Assembly (NCBI RefSeq): GCF_018350175.1
Contig: NC_058368.1
Span: 158,288,001 to 158,352,000 of the forward strand
Source: Felis catus
Taxonomy: Eukaryota
Direction of reading: 5' to 3'
Length of the DNA stretch: 64,000 nucleotides
Part shown: piece after piece, positions 36,151 to 48,439 of the stretch
Layout: the number at the start of each line of letters is the position of its first letter
Numbering within the stretch: position 1 is the first letter of the stretch
The notes under the pieces: model-generated
What the model saw: the letters and a program-made list of their open reading frames with translations, nothing else
Told to the model about the DNA's origin: nothing
Databases searched by the model: none
Position numbers and translations under genes: made by a program

Positions 36151-36594
36151 TTAGAAGGTTAATACCTGGGGGTGGACATTACCAGTGATTCCTGGTTTTA
36201 TTTCTCAAACCATTAGACTATGCAATACATATAAAAAGAGAATTGTAAACACATTCATGTCACTCTATTCCACAATATATTAGAACACATTGACATTTTT
36301 CATATATTCTTTTAAATTTTATAGTATGTTAAACTCATAAAGGCCTTCAAAGACAACTCACTGCCACACTTAAGCTAATATAAATAATTTCAGTTTCACA
36401 TTATTTATTGGAGACTCTGCCATGACTTAGTGGCAGTGCCAGTAACAAGGTTTTGGGGAATTATAAACTAGGCCAAATATGGAGCAGAGAGAGGAAGCAT
36501 CACCTACCTAAGTATCAACAGCTCCCAGGTTCAACTTCAAATGAAAGCTTTCTCCTCTAGACCTGAATGTACTCTGCTTTTTTCAGAGGGACAC

Positions 36595-37040
36595 TGTATC
36601 ACTCAGGGTCCTTGAGGAAATAGACCACACACTCAAATTAGGATTGAGAAGAGTTCTCTAAAAAGGTTTGTTTTTTAAACAAAGGTATGGGGATGGATGT
36701 AAGGAACCCACTGCTAGGACTATGAAAAGCCAGACTCCCACTTCACCCTCCCCTCATCCTGGAGGGATGAGAGGAGGAATGGTTACTAGAAGGCAGAGGT
36801 GGAGAAGGCTGAGTAAAAAGAGGGCCGCTTCTCAGGAGCCAAGCTTTGGTGGAGGCCACCCGAGGCAACCTGCAAGGGCACCAGGGCAATACAACACCCC
36901 CATCTATTCTCCCCTACCCCAACTCCCATCTGCCCTCCTGGGAGACTGACAGAAGTCAGCAAACAAGCCTGATGACATGTGCCTACATGTCAGCCCCTGG
37001 ACATGTGGCAGGGAAGGGAAAGGTGGAACATACTTAGTCA
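36595..37040. mobile_element. Possible ancient ERVL/MaLR-type solo LTR in the ERAP1 3' UTR region
   Basis: Starts TGTATCACTCAGGGTCC...GGAAATAGA, resembling LTR33/MLT termini; GC-richer than flanks; family not certain. Confidence 0.4.
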
Positions 37041-37432
37041 CTGATCCAGGGGTTCACTGTTCAGCAGGTCTTTAAAGGAGAGTGACAAAACAGCTTATGG
37101 ATGACACACACATGGGGAGCAGGGGTTTGGAAAGCACAAGGCTTAAGTATAGGACATAAAACGGTAGAAATAAGCTAACTCCTCTACAGTAAGGAACCCA
37201 CCGCTTGGGTTTAGATTGCAGGGTGACACCTGTCAATAAAATACATTGTAGCAGTAACCCATCGATGAACAATTTAGTAGCCCGTCTTGTCACAGGAATA
37301 GTCAAATGAGTAAGAAGGAAATGGAAAAATATCTTCAGCAGAAGCCAAAAGAGCCATCTCTGGTTTGAAAATAATCACATCTGACAAAATTTTAGCATAA
37401 TGTTACCACAGGAACCACCAAGGAACAAACTG

Positions 37433-37588
37433 TTAGAGCAGTGCAAGCTTCTCGCTTTGGAGCCACACTCTGATTTTATCAAAATTCTTATCCATCCAAC
37501 GAATGTTTTCCTCAATGGTTTCAATTGTTTGCTGGACACAACGGAGCTGAGAACTGTTTTCTTTCAAGGAGCTGAAGAATCCTTTTAC
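37433..37588 (-). CDS. ERAP1: ERAP1 last coding exon (human exon 19 equivalent; VKGFFSSLKENSSQLRCVQQTIETIEENIRWMDKNFDKIRVWLQSEKLALL*)
   Basis: tttccttacaag|GTA AAA...CTC TAA; 156 nt. Confidence 0.95.
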   Translation of the reverse strand, partial: VKGFFSSLKENSSQLRCVQQTIETIEENIRWMDKNFDKIRVWLQSEKLALL

Positions 37589-38449
37589 CTTGTAAGGAAA
37601 AATCTAATTTTAAAAATCTGTTTTATTGTATTACATAAACAAACTTTCAGGCTAGTTAAAACAAGCCAAAATTGCAGCATTTGCCCAAATTATACATAGA
37701 AGGAGGCAGTGCCCCGTGTCTGGGTAGAATTGTGTACACAGAAATTTAAGCTCTACGAAATGAGCTCATGCATCATGATGTCAAATTCTGCATTTTTCTC
37801 TGCAGTTTTATTTATTCCCAGTTGCCAGATTCTAAAAGACTTCACTGTATACCATTTTATAATTAAGGTTTGAGTGTGTTTATTTAATATATATTGTTAT
37901 ATACACACCAATGCAAGCTTAGTTTTTGTTTTTGTTTTTTTTTTAACGTATCTAAAAAGCTAAATGTGCAGAGTATCTTCTTTGCCAAGGAAAACAATTT
38001 GAACCCCACAAGTGCAGTCTTTCTCCTTGGGCCTGGCCTTGTAGGTCATTACAGAAACAAGAAGGTTATGGTGGAAATCTCCCAAACCGCCAAATTTTTT
38101 ACACTAATCCGCAATTCATGTATCGTTCCTCCAAGATAAAATCCACACAAAGTTGTCCATGGTTTCAAACAGATAAGACACCTCTGTCTCCTCAAAAGTA
38201 CCTTCCCTGTTTCATGGCTGGGTATCGACTCCTTTAAGCTCACATGAGGAACAGTGTGGCTTTGCAACAGCATTGACTATTGCAGTACTCTCTTTCACCT
38301 TTAAAAGGTTCTTAACCTTGTCCTTTATGTTTTCACAGCATTAATCCGTAAGTTTTTGACTCTGTAGACAGGAGGTAAGTCTAGGTCAAGATGCAGTATT
38401 TATTAAGCATGGATTCCAGACAGTTATTTTCTTAAAAATCCATGTTGTA

Positions 38450-38653
38450 GGGGCGTCTGGGTGGCAGTTGGTTGAGTATCCAACTTCCTCTCAGGTCATG
38501 ATTTTATGGTTCCTGGGTTTGAGTCCCATATGGGACTTGCTGCTGTCAGTGCAGAGCCTGCTTCAGATCCTCTGCCCCCCTTTCTCTGCCCCTCCTCTGC
38601 TCACGCTCTCTCTGACTGAGATGTGTCTCTCAAAAATAAACATTTAAAAAAAA
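38450..38653 (+). mobile_element. CanSINE
   Basis: GGGGCGTCTGGGTGGC head; TSD AAAAATC(CA/TG)TGTTGTAG. Confidence 0.9.
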
Positions 38654-39439
38654 TCTGTGTTGTAGTATCGTATTATAAATTTGGGAATAAGAATAGGCTT
38701 TTGAAAGATCAAATTCCAATATTAAATGATTCAGGTTTGTTTTAAAATTGGCACCTCAATACAACTTTTCAACGAGCTGAAGGCCTGCCCTCTGCTGTAG
38801 CAACCTAGAAAACACGCAGCATGCCTCATGGGCCTGCATTCAGTTGGAGCTCAGCCTACTGTTACCTCCTTTCAGAACTCAAGATTCATACTCAGCTAAA
38901 AGAATGACTCCAGGCACTTCACAACAGTCCTATCACATCATTAATTTTACTAATTATTTAATATAAGTTATTTAACTATTTTCAAATTATTTAAAATAAT
39001 CCTGAAGGAGCCCTTCATGATAGTACCACTAAGAAAAACGAAACAAAAAACTGTAAGACCTGTAAACGAAGCCAGCTGCTAACCCTTGCCCTTCAACTCT
39101 TTTGACCCAAGATTCTCTCTCCTATCTTCATCTACCTTGAGAAATGCATCCTCTCAACTGAGCATTTGGTTCAAACCTGCCTCCTTGAGAACATGTTCTG
39201 TGCAATAAGTGGTGTGATACAGAGACAGAAAGAAACAGTTTTATCCTACTAACTTGTTTGATCCTTAGTAAACAACTTAACTTGTCTGGGACTCAGTTTT
39301 CACTTTGGTAGCAAGAGGATGCTCTTTGCCTTGCAAAGCACAGGTGAGGATGTAGTTACATAATGTGAGTAAAGTGCAGACCCTAAAACCCCGCTTGTAT
39401 CAGGGACTCAACCTCATCCCTTTTTTCATGACTGTTTGG

Positions 39440-40790
39440 CACTTATTCATCCCTCTGGCTGAATTACTGTGTTAGACACTGAGGAGGAGGTAATGAACCA
39501 GACAAGAAGCCTGTCCTCTGGGAGCTTACACTCTGGCTGGGAAAACAACAAGCGGTAAACTATGATTACTTTAAATATACCACCGTGGACAAAACACACT
39601 GAGGCTATAATAGTAACTGGGGAAGGGGGTGGCCTGCTTTAGACAGAGTAGTCTGGGAAGGTGACATGTGATCTGAGACCTCTACAGGATAAAATGAGCC
39701 TTTCCACTGACTCCTTTATCCAAGTTAGGGAAAGAGCAAGCCAGGCAGAGGTAAGAAGTTTAGAGGCTTGGGGCACCTGGGTGGCTCGGTTAAGTGTCCA
39801 ACTTCCGCTCAGGTCTTGATCTCATGGTTCATGAGTTCAAGCCCCATGTCGGGCTTCAGATTCTCTGTCTCCCTCTCTCTGCCCCTCCCCTGCTCTCTTG
39901 CTTTCTCTCAAAATTAAATAAACATTGAAAAAGAAAGAAGTTTAGAGGCTTAGAGACAAAATAAACACCTGGTAGCCCTGGAACAGGAAGTGGCTGAGTG
40001 ACTCAAGTGTTGTTGTATGAGGGTGACACAGAAAAGCATGTGAAAATGGGCTGGGGAGGTGGGCAAGAGCCCAGTCATCATGGTCTTGTGCACATGCAAA
40101 GGAAAGTCTTGGGATTTATTCCAAGCTGAATAGGTAAGAGTTCATGGAGGAGTCAGTCATGGGTTGATTTTCAGTATTAAATGTGGAAAATGACTTGGTA
40201 TTGGCAAATTGGGAAGACACGCAGGAGGCTATAGCCATAGGCCAGGCCAGAGATGAGAAAGGCTTGGGGTGGAGTAAAAGCAGACAAGTGCACAGATACA
40301 ATGTATATGCTGAAAGCCGAGCCAACAAGACTCAGGGAGGAGTTGGATGTCAGGACCGAGAAGGGCTCAAACTAACTCCCACATTTTACCTGTCAGTAAG
40401 ACACTCTCCCTTCTGATGACATCCAAGATGTCATTTCCATGCTCTACCTCAGGGCCTTTGCACCTGATGTTTCTTTTGCACACGACAACTGCATTTCCTT
40501 TGGTTTCTGCTCAAAGGTCTCCTAATTATTCCATAGAACAAAGCTCCATCCCGTACCCACTCTCTCCTTACCTTGCCTTATTCATCTTAAGAGCATATAA
40601 CCACCTGACATAGGTTGATCTGACCGTAACTGATTCCCCAGTAGAATTTAAGCTCTATGAGGGCCAAGACTTTGTCTACTCTGTTCGTCATCATAGCCCC
40701 AGAAACTAAAACCATGTTTGCCTTATAATAAAAATGTAATGTCTTTAAAGAAATAATGAGAAAAGACTTGAATAAGCAAGTGAATGAATG
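39440..40790. mobile_element. Decayed L2 fragments
   Basis: CCTGTCCTCTGGGAGCTTACACTCTGG, GATCTGAGACCT, CAGGGCCTTTGCAC, AAGCTCTATGAGGGCCAAGACTTTGTC...GAATGAATGAA; boundaries approximate. Confidence 0.55.
39770..39934 (+). mobile_element. CanSINE
   Basis: Exact 17-bp TSD AAGAAGTTTAGAGGCTT at 39753-39769 and 39935-39951. Confidence 0.93.
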
Positions 40791-41855
40791 AAATGTTTTG
40801 TTGCTATAGATCTGGCCTATGGACAGCTGTCTTGCTACTAACAGCCCCTGACTGGTCTTCAGTCATCACACAGAGTAGCTCTGCTGTAGACCTCACTAGA
40901 GTTCAATCCTGAATTGTGTGCAATTTTACAAGCCTGCATGAAACTACTGAAAACTAGAGAAAATCAGGGATGCAACAGTTCTTTTGATTTTCAAAGCATT
41001 CTCCCTGTATCAAGCTGTATCATGGTGTAACCAGACTATACAATGGAAGTATTCCTAAAAAAAAAATAGTATTAGGCTCTCAGACTTTATCTAAAGGCAA
41101 CATATTTTTAAAGCCATGTAAAATTTGTTCTACACCTTTAGAGAACATTATTAGAGAAGGAACACCACACAACAATGACCTAGACATCCACTTCCTCAAA
41201 GTTTAAGGCCAGAAGAAAAGTTTGCTTTGGTGGAAAACTTTTACATTTCAGTTCTCTCTTACCAGACAATAGGAATAACTCCTATGGTTTTCTCATTTTT
41301 TTGTCTTGACTGCTACGAAGTGGTGATACATTTACAGTTGCAATAAATTATCCTCAGCATAAATCCCTCATACAGTTACCTCTTTCTGTCAATCATGCAG
41401 CTTTCTGGTATTTAACATTTCTGTTATATATGGACATTACAAGTTGCCTAAAATTCTTTCTGCAAGTACATGGCATATAAATAAGTAACAAGAAAATCAT
41501 GAATCTAGATAGTGGAGAACCAAGATTCCAGATTTCCTAACAGCTAGATGATCACATAGGGCATTTATATCTCTAATGATCACTTTTAACATCTGAATAA
41601 ACAGAGATTAAATGCTTCCAGTAATTTTTAAGCCCTAAAAATTTTTAATGGCAGAGCTAAGACTTCTTAACATGTTGACAAAGAGGCATAGTTTTCAATA
41701 ATTTATTGTAACTGATTTTGGTTGGTGTCCAAAACACCACAGCATCTGAAAAGAACATCTACTAAGTGACAAAATCCATTCCTAACTCCTCATACCCTTT
41801 TGCCTACCCCGTATTTATTAGCTAATTGTCACTTAAATTTAAAAGTTTTGTTTAC

Positions 41856-41937
41856 CTCCTCAAGCCGTGCTCTTGTGGAGAACTGATTTGTTGTTCCTAT
41901 TACCATATTTGTTAAAGAAGATGAGCCAAGTTCAAAC
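41856..41937 (-). CDS. ERAP1: ERAP1 exon 18 equivalent (FELGSSSLTNMVIGTTNQFSTRARLEE)
   Basis: ttgcag|G TTT...GAG|gtaaac; 82 nt. Confidence 0.95.
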
Positions 41938-42354
41938 CTGCAAATTGAAGTTGTCAAGATATATCATAAAGTATTTATTCACTTAACATGTTTTTAAGTG
42001 CCGTATAGATTTTACAGGAATTAACTAAAAACTGGTTAGGCAGGAAAAAATCTATGACATGATCCGCATCCTCCAATGTGTTAACATACCATTGTAAAAT
42101 ATAAATACACCAACAGCTGAATAAAAGATGCTAAGACCCTAAAGAAAGACCCTAAAGAAAGTGCTAGAGGCTTAGTTAGTGCTATGAGAGCTAGGCAAGT
42201 GCAGGTTCAAACAAGCAGAAGTGTTAAAGCAAGACGTGGGTTGAACTGTGCAGAGGAAGGCTAATTGGTCAGCAGATGCAGAAAGGGATTGGAATGGAAA
42301 ACTGGACTACCCAGATTCATTAGTTAGCACTAAATTCTGAGTTTTATATTTTCT

Positions 42355-42598
42355 TTTTTTTTTTTTTTTCCAAGTGGCAATGTGCTCATTTATTTATTTC
42401 TTTTTTGAGGCCTTCCTTAAAAACAATTTATTTTTTTATTTTTATTTTTATTTTATTTTTATTTTTTTTATATATATATGAAATTTGTTGACAAATTGGT
42501 TTCCATACAACACCCAGTGCTCATCCCAAAAGGTGCCCTCCTCAATACCCATCACCCACCCTCCCCTCCCTCCCACCCCCCATCAACCCTCAGTTTGT
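42355..42598 (-). mobile_element. Short young L1 insertion carrying a 3'-transduced segment
   Basis: Exact 17-bp TSD TGAGTTTTATATTTTCT (42338-42354, 42599-42615) enclosing L1 3' end, A-rich tail, ~58 nt non-L1 sequence with AATAAA, second poly(A). Confidence 0.88.
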
Positions 42599-42774
42599 TG
42601 AGTTTTATATTTTCTAAGAATATTTTTAAAGTATCTCTATGTGCTATCTGCAATAAAAAACAAACAAACAAACAAAATCCCTTTAGACCATCACTGTTGT
42701 TTTACAAACAAAGCTAAAACACAGGCAGGTTAATGGACTTTTCTAGTCACGGCACAATTTTTGGCACTACTTAC

Positions 42775-42915
42775 TTTTGTATAAGTTTATCCCAATTTTC
42801 CCTCAGAAACTGCCAGGCCAATGGATATCCCACCGGGTTCCTGCCAACAGCTCTAAGGATATGTGGAAACTCTTGAATTTTTATTTTATCTCCCTTAAAG
42901 CTTTCATCTAGTAGC
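42775..42915 (-). CDS. ERAP1: ERAP1 exon 17 equivalent (LLDESFKGDKIKIQEFPHILRAVGRNPVGYPLAWQFLRENWDKLIQK)
   Basis: ttttag|G CTA...AA|gtaagt; 141 nt. Confidence 0.96.
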
Positions 42916-43394
42916 CTAAAATGAGTAAGAGAAGAAATGGTAACAACGAATAGTCCTTGGAAAAGTTGTAAGTCATTTCAATAAAATAATGCGTGAAAGA
43001 AAAAAAGCCAATCCATCAATAATAAAGACCAAATAGGCAACTAGAGTGCTAATAAACCTGCTAGATGTACATAATAAAAATTCACACTTATATAGTGTTC
43101 ACGACACCCATTCTCATATAATCACATTTGTTCATAAGAGAAAATAAGAAAGGTATATCTAAAGGTATGTATTTCTAAACATGTTCTTTTAAAAACATAC
43201 AAATATATATTCCTTTAAATATTTTTCCTAATACCTGCTTCTCACTAATTAACTACCATACTCATTAGATGTGTGCCCACTTAACTGTTCCCAGCAGAAT
43301 AGGCAACTCCTGGCCAAGAGAACAAAAACAACGTCAGAAGCATCTGATGTCATTTAATTCCTCATGGCCATGTAAACACGAATGAGTTACTCAC

Positions 43395-43556
43395 CACTGA
43401 AGCTTTCCCTCATTTTGGCTAATACTGAGGGCAAATTCAATTTCGTTTTTCTCGGTACTGGACAAAGATGACTGATATTTACTATAAAGAAAATCCCATC
43501 CTTCAGGGTTCTGGACCCCCACAGCGAACACCGCCAAGGTTACATCACTGGGCAGG
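43395..43556 (-). CDS. ERAP1: ERAP1 exon 16 equivalent (LPSDVTLAVFAVGVQNPEGWDFLYSKYQSSLSSTEKNEIEFALSISQNEGKLQW)
   Basis: ccgcag|C CTG...TG|gtgagt; 162 nt. Confidence 0.96.
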
Positions 43557-44505
43557 CTGCGGAAAAGAACATACCTAGTGAGAGTCTGAGATGTAGGAAG
43601 TGTGTTTGAATGTATAATGGTGACCAATTACAAGCTGATAAACTGGCCTGGTGATCAGAGAAATGTGCCTGGAAATGTCAGCAAAAATAACCTCTTTCCT
43701 TCAGTTAGATTTTAAGAAAGAAGTACAAGAAAGCATCTAAAATTCAGTTTTAAGTCCCGTTCTCAAAAACATTACTTGAAATTCCACTTTGATAAATACC
43801 AACATATCTAACATACGTTAATGATGCTGGTAACTCGACAGGTGGTCACTTTTTAAACCAAAAGAAAGAAATGCAAACTAGACTCAAGAAGTAATCCATG
43901 AACAAAGGTCAGGAATCCAACGGGAGCACTGTTTGGAAGCATTTCTTTAAATGGAAGCATGTATACTTTTTGTTTGCTTAATATTTCCTGGAGAGATTTA
44001 AGCCCCAAATATAACAGTCCTTAAGTACATCAAGAATCAATTCCAAATACAGGAAGATCCTACTTTGCTTAGACAGTGTCAGCAAGTATTTATACACACC
44101 CCATCAGGGACTTTGGAGGCCCAAAGGAGCTACCTCTATGGCAGGCACTGCCTCTGTTCCTATCCAGGATAGCTGTTTTCGTTCTGACCCTTGCCTCTAT
44201 TAAATTGGAATTATTCTAATCCTATTTTAACTCTGCAAATATTTGATATATTTGATATATAATATATATATCTGCAAATATTTGATATATGTATTTATAT
44301 TTATATATATAAATCCCTAGTATTTCTTAAAAGAGAAAGTTGAGAGATACATAGATAAATCTTAAAAAATAATTTATTTTCTCAAAAAGTACAGCAGAGG
44401 AGACTTATCTATACTTTTTTTTTCCTCCCAACATTTAGCACCAATGATGAAAAACAGAAAAGATACCCTTCATATGAACAAATGGGTTGTTCTGTAAACA
44501 CAGAC

Positions 44506-44690
44506 CTCAAATTTCCACCAGCTTCCTTCCACTCTCTGAAATAGGCTTCTGCCCTCTGTACACAGGGCTGATACTTCCACATGCAGGCAAGGAGGAGGAG
44601 CTCACTCCGCAGCATTCGCTGTGAGACTGAGCCCTCATCTGTCCACGTCTGATTATCAATGAGGTCCCTCAGCAGCCTGATGAGAAAGGC
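44506..44690 (-). CDS. ERAP1: ERAP1 exon 15 equivalent (AFLIRLLRDLIDNQTWTDEGSVSQRMLRSELLLLACMWKYQPCVQRAEAYFREWKEAGGNL)
   Basis: tcgcag|GCC...AG|gtctgt; 185 nt. Confidence 0.96.
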
Positions 44691-45339
44691 CTGCGAGAAA
44701 GCCACATGTGTCACCACAATGGTCCCAGGCCATCTCATGTTTTATACAAACCAACACACCCTCGGGATATGGGGATTAATTTTTAAAGCTTAATCCAACT
44801 CTTATTTTTAAAATCATGTAATTCTGTTTATATTTAATTATAAAAGGGTCAAAAACAAGAAAAAATGATTTTACTATTTCCATAACATTTGTAAGTATAC
44901 CTTCATCTATTTAAAAATCAGGATGAACTGCCATTTTTGAAACAAACTAAGAGAGTTGATAGCACTAAATTCTGAGAGCAAATTATACAAAAGGACTTCA
45001 TGACATTTTGCCAAAAATAATGCTTTTGTGCCTCTTCCTCAAGTACTGGACTCAGCATATCTTAATAGTAACCATCAAAATGCAGTAGCAAAATGAAATA
45101 AGTATTTGCAAAAAGAAAGGAGTAACAAATCCATAAAAATTGAGTACAGATTCTTACCACCGTCTGTGCCAGTAAGACCCAAATCTTTGCTAGTTAGTCT
45201 AAACACTGAGTTAATTTTGATTTACTTTTCCTTAATATATGTGAGGACATACATATATGAACAATGGTAAGGATGCTTTCCTACACCCACACAAAAGCAA
45301 ATCAGTTATGTAACTATTCAATTTATTTAAGGCTTCTAC

Positions 45340-45496
45340 CTTGAACTGATTTTCCACTTCCTTCATATCTCTTTTCTCCATCAGTTTATACATAGGTATC
45401 AGCTCATTCAAACCTTGGAACACGGGCATAATTTCAGTTTCATGCTTCAAGTATAGGGTTAAATCCAAGGCTTTTTCAATTGATAGCTTTCCATTG
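45340..45496 (-). CDS. ERAP1: ERAP1 exon 14 equivalent (NGKLSIEKALDLTLYLKHETEIMPVFQGLNELIPMYKLMEKRDMKEVENQFK)
   Basis: gaccag|C AAT...AAG|gtagaa; 157 nt. Confidence 0.96.
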
Positions 45497-46255
45497 CTGG
45501 TCAAGAGACACCATGGTTAGCAGTTTAAAAAAAAATGCAGGAAATCAATTTTTTGTTTCAAAAGACATTTTCATCTCCCAGCCAAACATTAGTCAGATAT
45601 TAATGCCCCCTTAATAATAGTGACCTTTATATAAGTATCTTTTCTTTCACATATAACACTAGCTTATTTACCATTGTGGAGGAAGTTTTTCCAATAACAG
45701 GGCCAGGGCTAACTTGTGGTTAAGAAAAAATGGAGACAGGTCAGCATCTCTCCCTCTGTGAAACAGTGGATTGTGTGTTCAACTTCCAGAGTAAGATGAC
45801 AGTTTTCATCAAAATCAGTAATCATGGTTGCAGAGATTGCCACTCAGTCAAAAGTCTGAGTGTCTGGATTGAACACATCCTTATCTCCATTTCAAAAAGA
45901 AACTGAATATAGATGTAAACCCTTTATTATGGAGGCCAGGGGTTAAAAGTCTCAGTGGCAGGGTATATGCTTAGGTAAGTAAACACAAAACCCTCTAAGA
46001 ATTAAGCAATAATGTTATAGAGGGAAATGGTCTCAGTAACGCAGAAACCGCTAGATAAACAACTTCTGTCCTTATCGTCATTGCTTTTTGCCACCTTGAG
46101 AAGTCAGAAATGAAGAACTCAACATTTAGAGCAAAGGTACATGGGAAATGAGAACTATAGAATCATTCCTTCCCACATGGGTGACTCCCCTTAGGACTTC
46201 AGTTCTGCCTAAATATTGGAGAAGTTTGAGTTTCAGGTTTAGGAATCATTTCCTT

Positions 46256-46451
46256 TTTTTTTTTTTAAGTTTATTTATTTTTTAAATATTTATTTTGAGA
46301 TAGGGAGAGGGAGAGAGGGAGAGAGGGAATCCTAAGGAGGCTCCTTGCTGTCAGCACAGAGCCCAACAAAGGACTCAATCTCACAAAATGAACCATGAGA
46401 TCATGACCTGAGCCAAAATCCAAGAGTTGGGCACTTAACTGACTGAGCGCC
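46256..46451 (-). mobile_element. CanSINE
   Basis: TSD TAGGAA(T/C)CATTTCCTT at 46240-46255 and 46452-46467. Confidence 0.9.
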
Positions 46452-46827
46452 TAGGAACCATTTCCTTAAAAGCCATTGTCATAAGGCAAAAAATTAGAGT
46501 GAACACTGTCCTTAACAACTCAAAGATCATTTGGTTAGTCCACATTTTATGAGCATGTTCCATACAGCTGCTGTGAAGTTCAGGTATCCAGTTTGAGGAG
46601 TTGGGGGGAGAAATTTTTTAATAAAAGAGTCACAATGCAAAAACTTGGTACTGAGCCACTTGGTCTTCTAAGAAGGTTTCCAGAATGTGAAGGACCCAGC
46701 AAGGCAGAAACCTCCCGTATTATAGCAGGGCCAGAAAAGCTGCAGGACAAAGGGCTTCTCCAGAATGTTGACCTCCTGATTTTCTACACCCTTTTGCATC
46801 AGTCTGAGTTGTTAATGAAAAACATCA

Positions 46828-47054
46828 GGGGCGCCTGGGTGGCTCTCTGTCAGCTAAGTGTCTGACTTCAGCTCAGGTCACGATCTCACAGTTCATGAGT
46901 TCAAGCCCCGTGTCGGGCTCTGTGCTGACACCTCGGAGCCTGGAGTCTGCTTCGGATTCGGTGTCTCCCTCTCTGTGCCCTTCCCCTTCCCCTGCTCACA
47001 TTCTGCCTCTCTCATGGTCTCTCAAAAATAAAATAAAAACATTTAAAAAAAAAA
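46828..47054 (+). mobile_element. CanSINE
   Basis: GGGGCGCCTGGGTGGCTC head, (CT)n, AATAAA, A tail. Confidence 0.92.
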
Positions 47055-47272
47055 GATTAAAATACAGGTCACTTCCTTTACCTTACTCTGCAAACACAGA
47101 CACATGGCTAACCATGAGACTAAAAGCAACCTTGGATTGTAAGAAGAATTTAGGGGAAGACACCTTTCAACTTCTAATTAGCAAGTAATCATTTTCATCT
47201 TCAGAAATCAAGCATTCAAATGCTAACAGCTGCTTTCAGAAATAAACCAAGACCCTGAGGAGTTTGTATTAC

Positions 47273-47456
47273 CTGACAAGCTGAAATGCATTGTTAATGA
47301 GACTGGCCCGATCATTGCTGCTGATTGTTGTATGTGCTCCTCTTAAAAGACCACTCAAAGAATTCCATCCATCATCCTCATAATGCACAATGTAATAGCC
47401 ATTCATTCCAACATTAAATTTGATCCATTCTACCTCTTCTGGGAGAATGAGCACAT
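47273..47456 (-). CDS. ERAP1: ERAP1 exon 13 equivalent (VLILPEEVEWIKFNVGMNGYYIVHYEDDGWNSLSGLLRGAHTTISSNDRASLINNAFQLV)
   Basis: ctctag|AT GTG...AG|gtaata; 184 nt. Confidence 0.96.
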
Positions 47457-48051
47457 CTAGAGCAAATAAAATAAATCATAGTTCCATTTTCTCTCTTCAC
47501 TGATGAAAGCTTTTCTGATCAGAGACTGGACAAAGAAACTAAAGGGAAGTTTAATATTGAACAATTTTAATACTGAAATGAGTTTCATATTGAACACATT
47601 TATTTTAGAAACCATAAAAGCCCATTCCAATAGGTAAAAGCCAATACTAGCTTGAGACACCAATTTTTTCAGATTTACAGATCTAGGGGAAGAATACAGC
47701 CACATTTCACGTCATACATACAAAATAATCCAGCAATGTTAACAAAATAATAGGGAATTTTCACTAGTAAGCCTCCTATTTAGCATTATATAATTCAACT
47801 GCTTTAATCTTGGTCTGGCAAGATTACTGGCTTTTTGACACAAGAGAATATTTTGAACCTTCTATCTTCACTAAAATTGAAAGCCAAAGATTTGCTTTCA
47901 ATAAAGGTTATTGAATATATTGAATATATTGAATAAAGGTTGACCTGGTCTTTAGGTTTTAACCAAGATAAATAGTACAACAAACTGAGTACCTAAGTCT
48001 TACACATTTCCAGTTTCTTAACTTATCCTGGTTATTTCTACAAGAAGTTAC

Positions 48052-48131
48052 CTGTTTTTGTCTTCAGCAAAAATCTTTGGACTGAATCTGATTTGCTCGT
48101 AATGAATGTCAATGGAACATGCCACAGGTAC
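48052..48131 (-). CDS. ERAP1: ERAP1 exon 12 equivalent (YLWHVPLTFITSKSDSVQRFLLKTKT)
   Basis: ttgaag|G TAC...G|gtaact; 80 nt. Confidence 0.95.
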
Positions 48132-48439
48132 CTTCAAGAAAGGATGCATTATTTGTTGACTTACTTCAACAGTTATTAAATCATCTATCATATGCCAGAC
48201 ACTGGCTAGTTTAAAAGATGGTACCAAAACTATTACAGCCAAGAGGTCAAAACAACACCAGCCTGTTTTCCTGCCTTGCAAGGGGTGCCAGCTCAGGCAA
48301 TGTTCATTCTTCTTGGACTTCTCAGTAGAGCTAGGAATTTGAGCTCCAGGGAGCCCTGGCATCCTTTGCAGTGGTTGGCTGATTGGAACTCAGAGGTCCT
48401 ACCTTAAAAACCCTGACCACTATTAATGGAATAAATTGC

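Noticed and set aside
44232..44290. 20-nt direct repeat TCTGCAAATATTTGATATAT
   Set aside because: Local slippage duplication in low-complexity AT sequence
42325..44976. 17-nt match TAGCACTAAATTCTGAG at 42325-42341 and 44960-44976
   Set aside because: Isolated AT-rich match with no flanking similarity; plausible by chance in 64 kb
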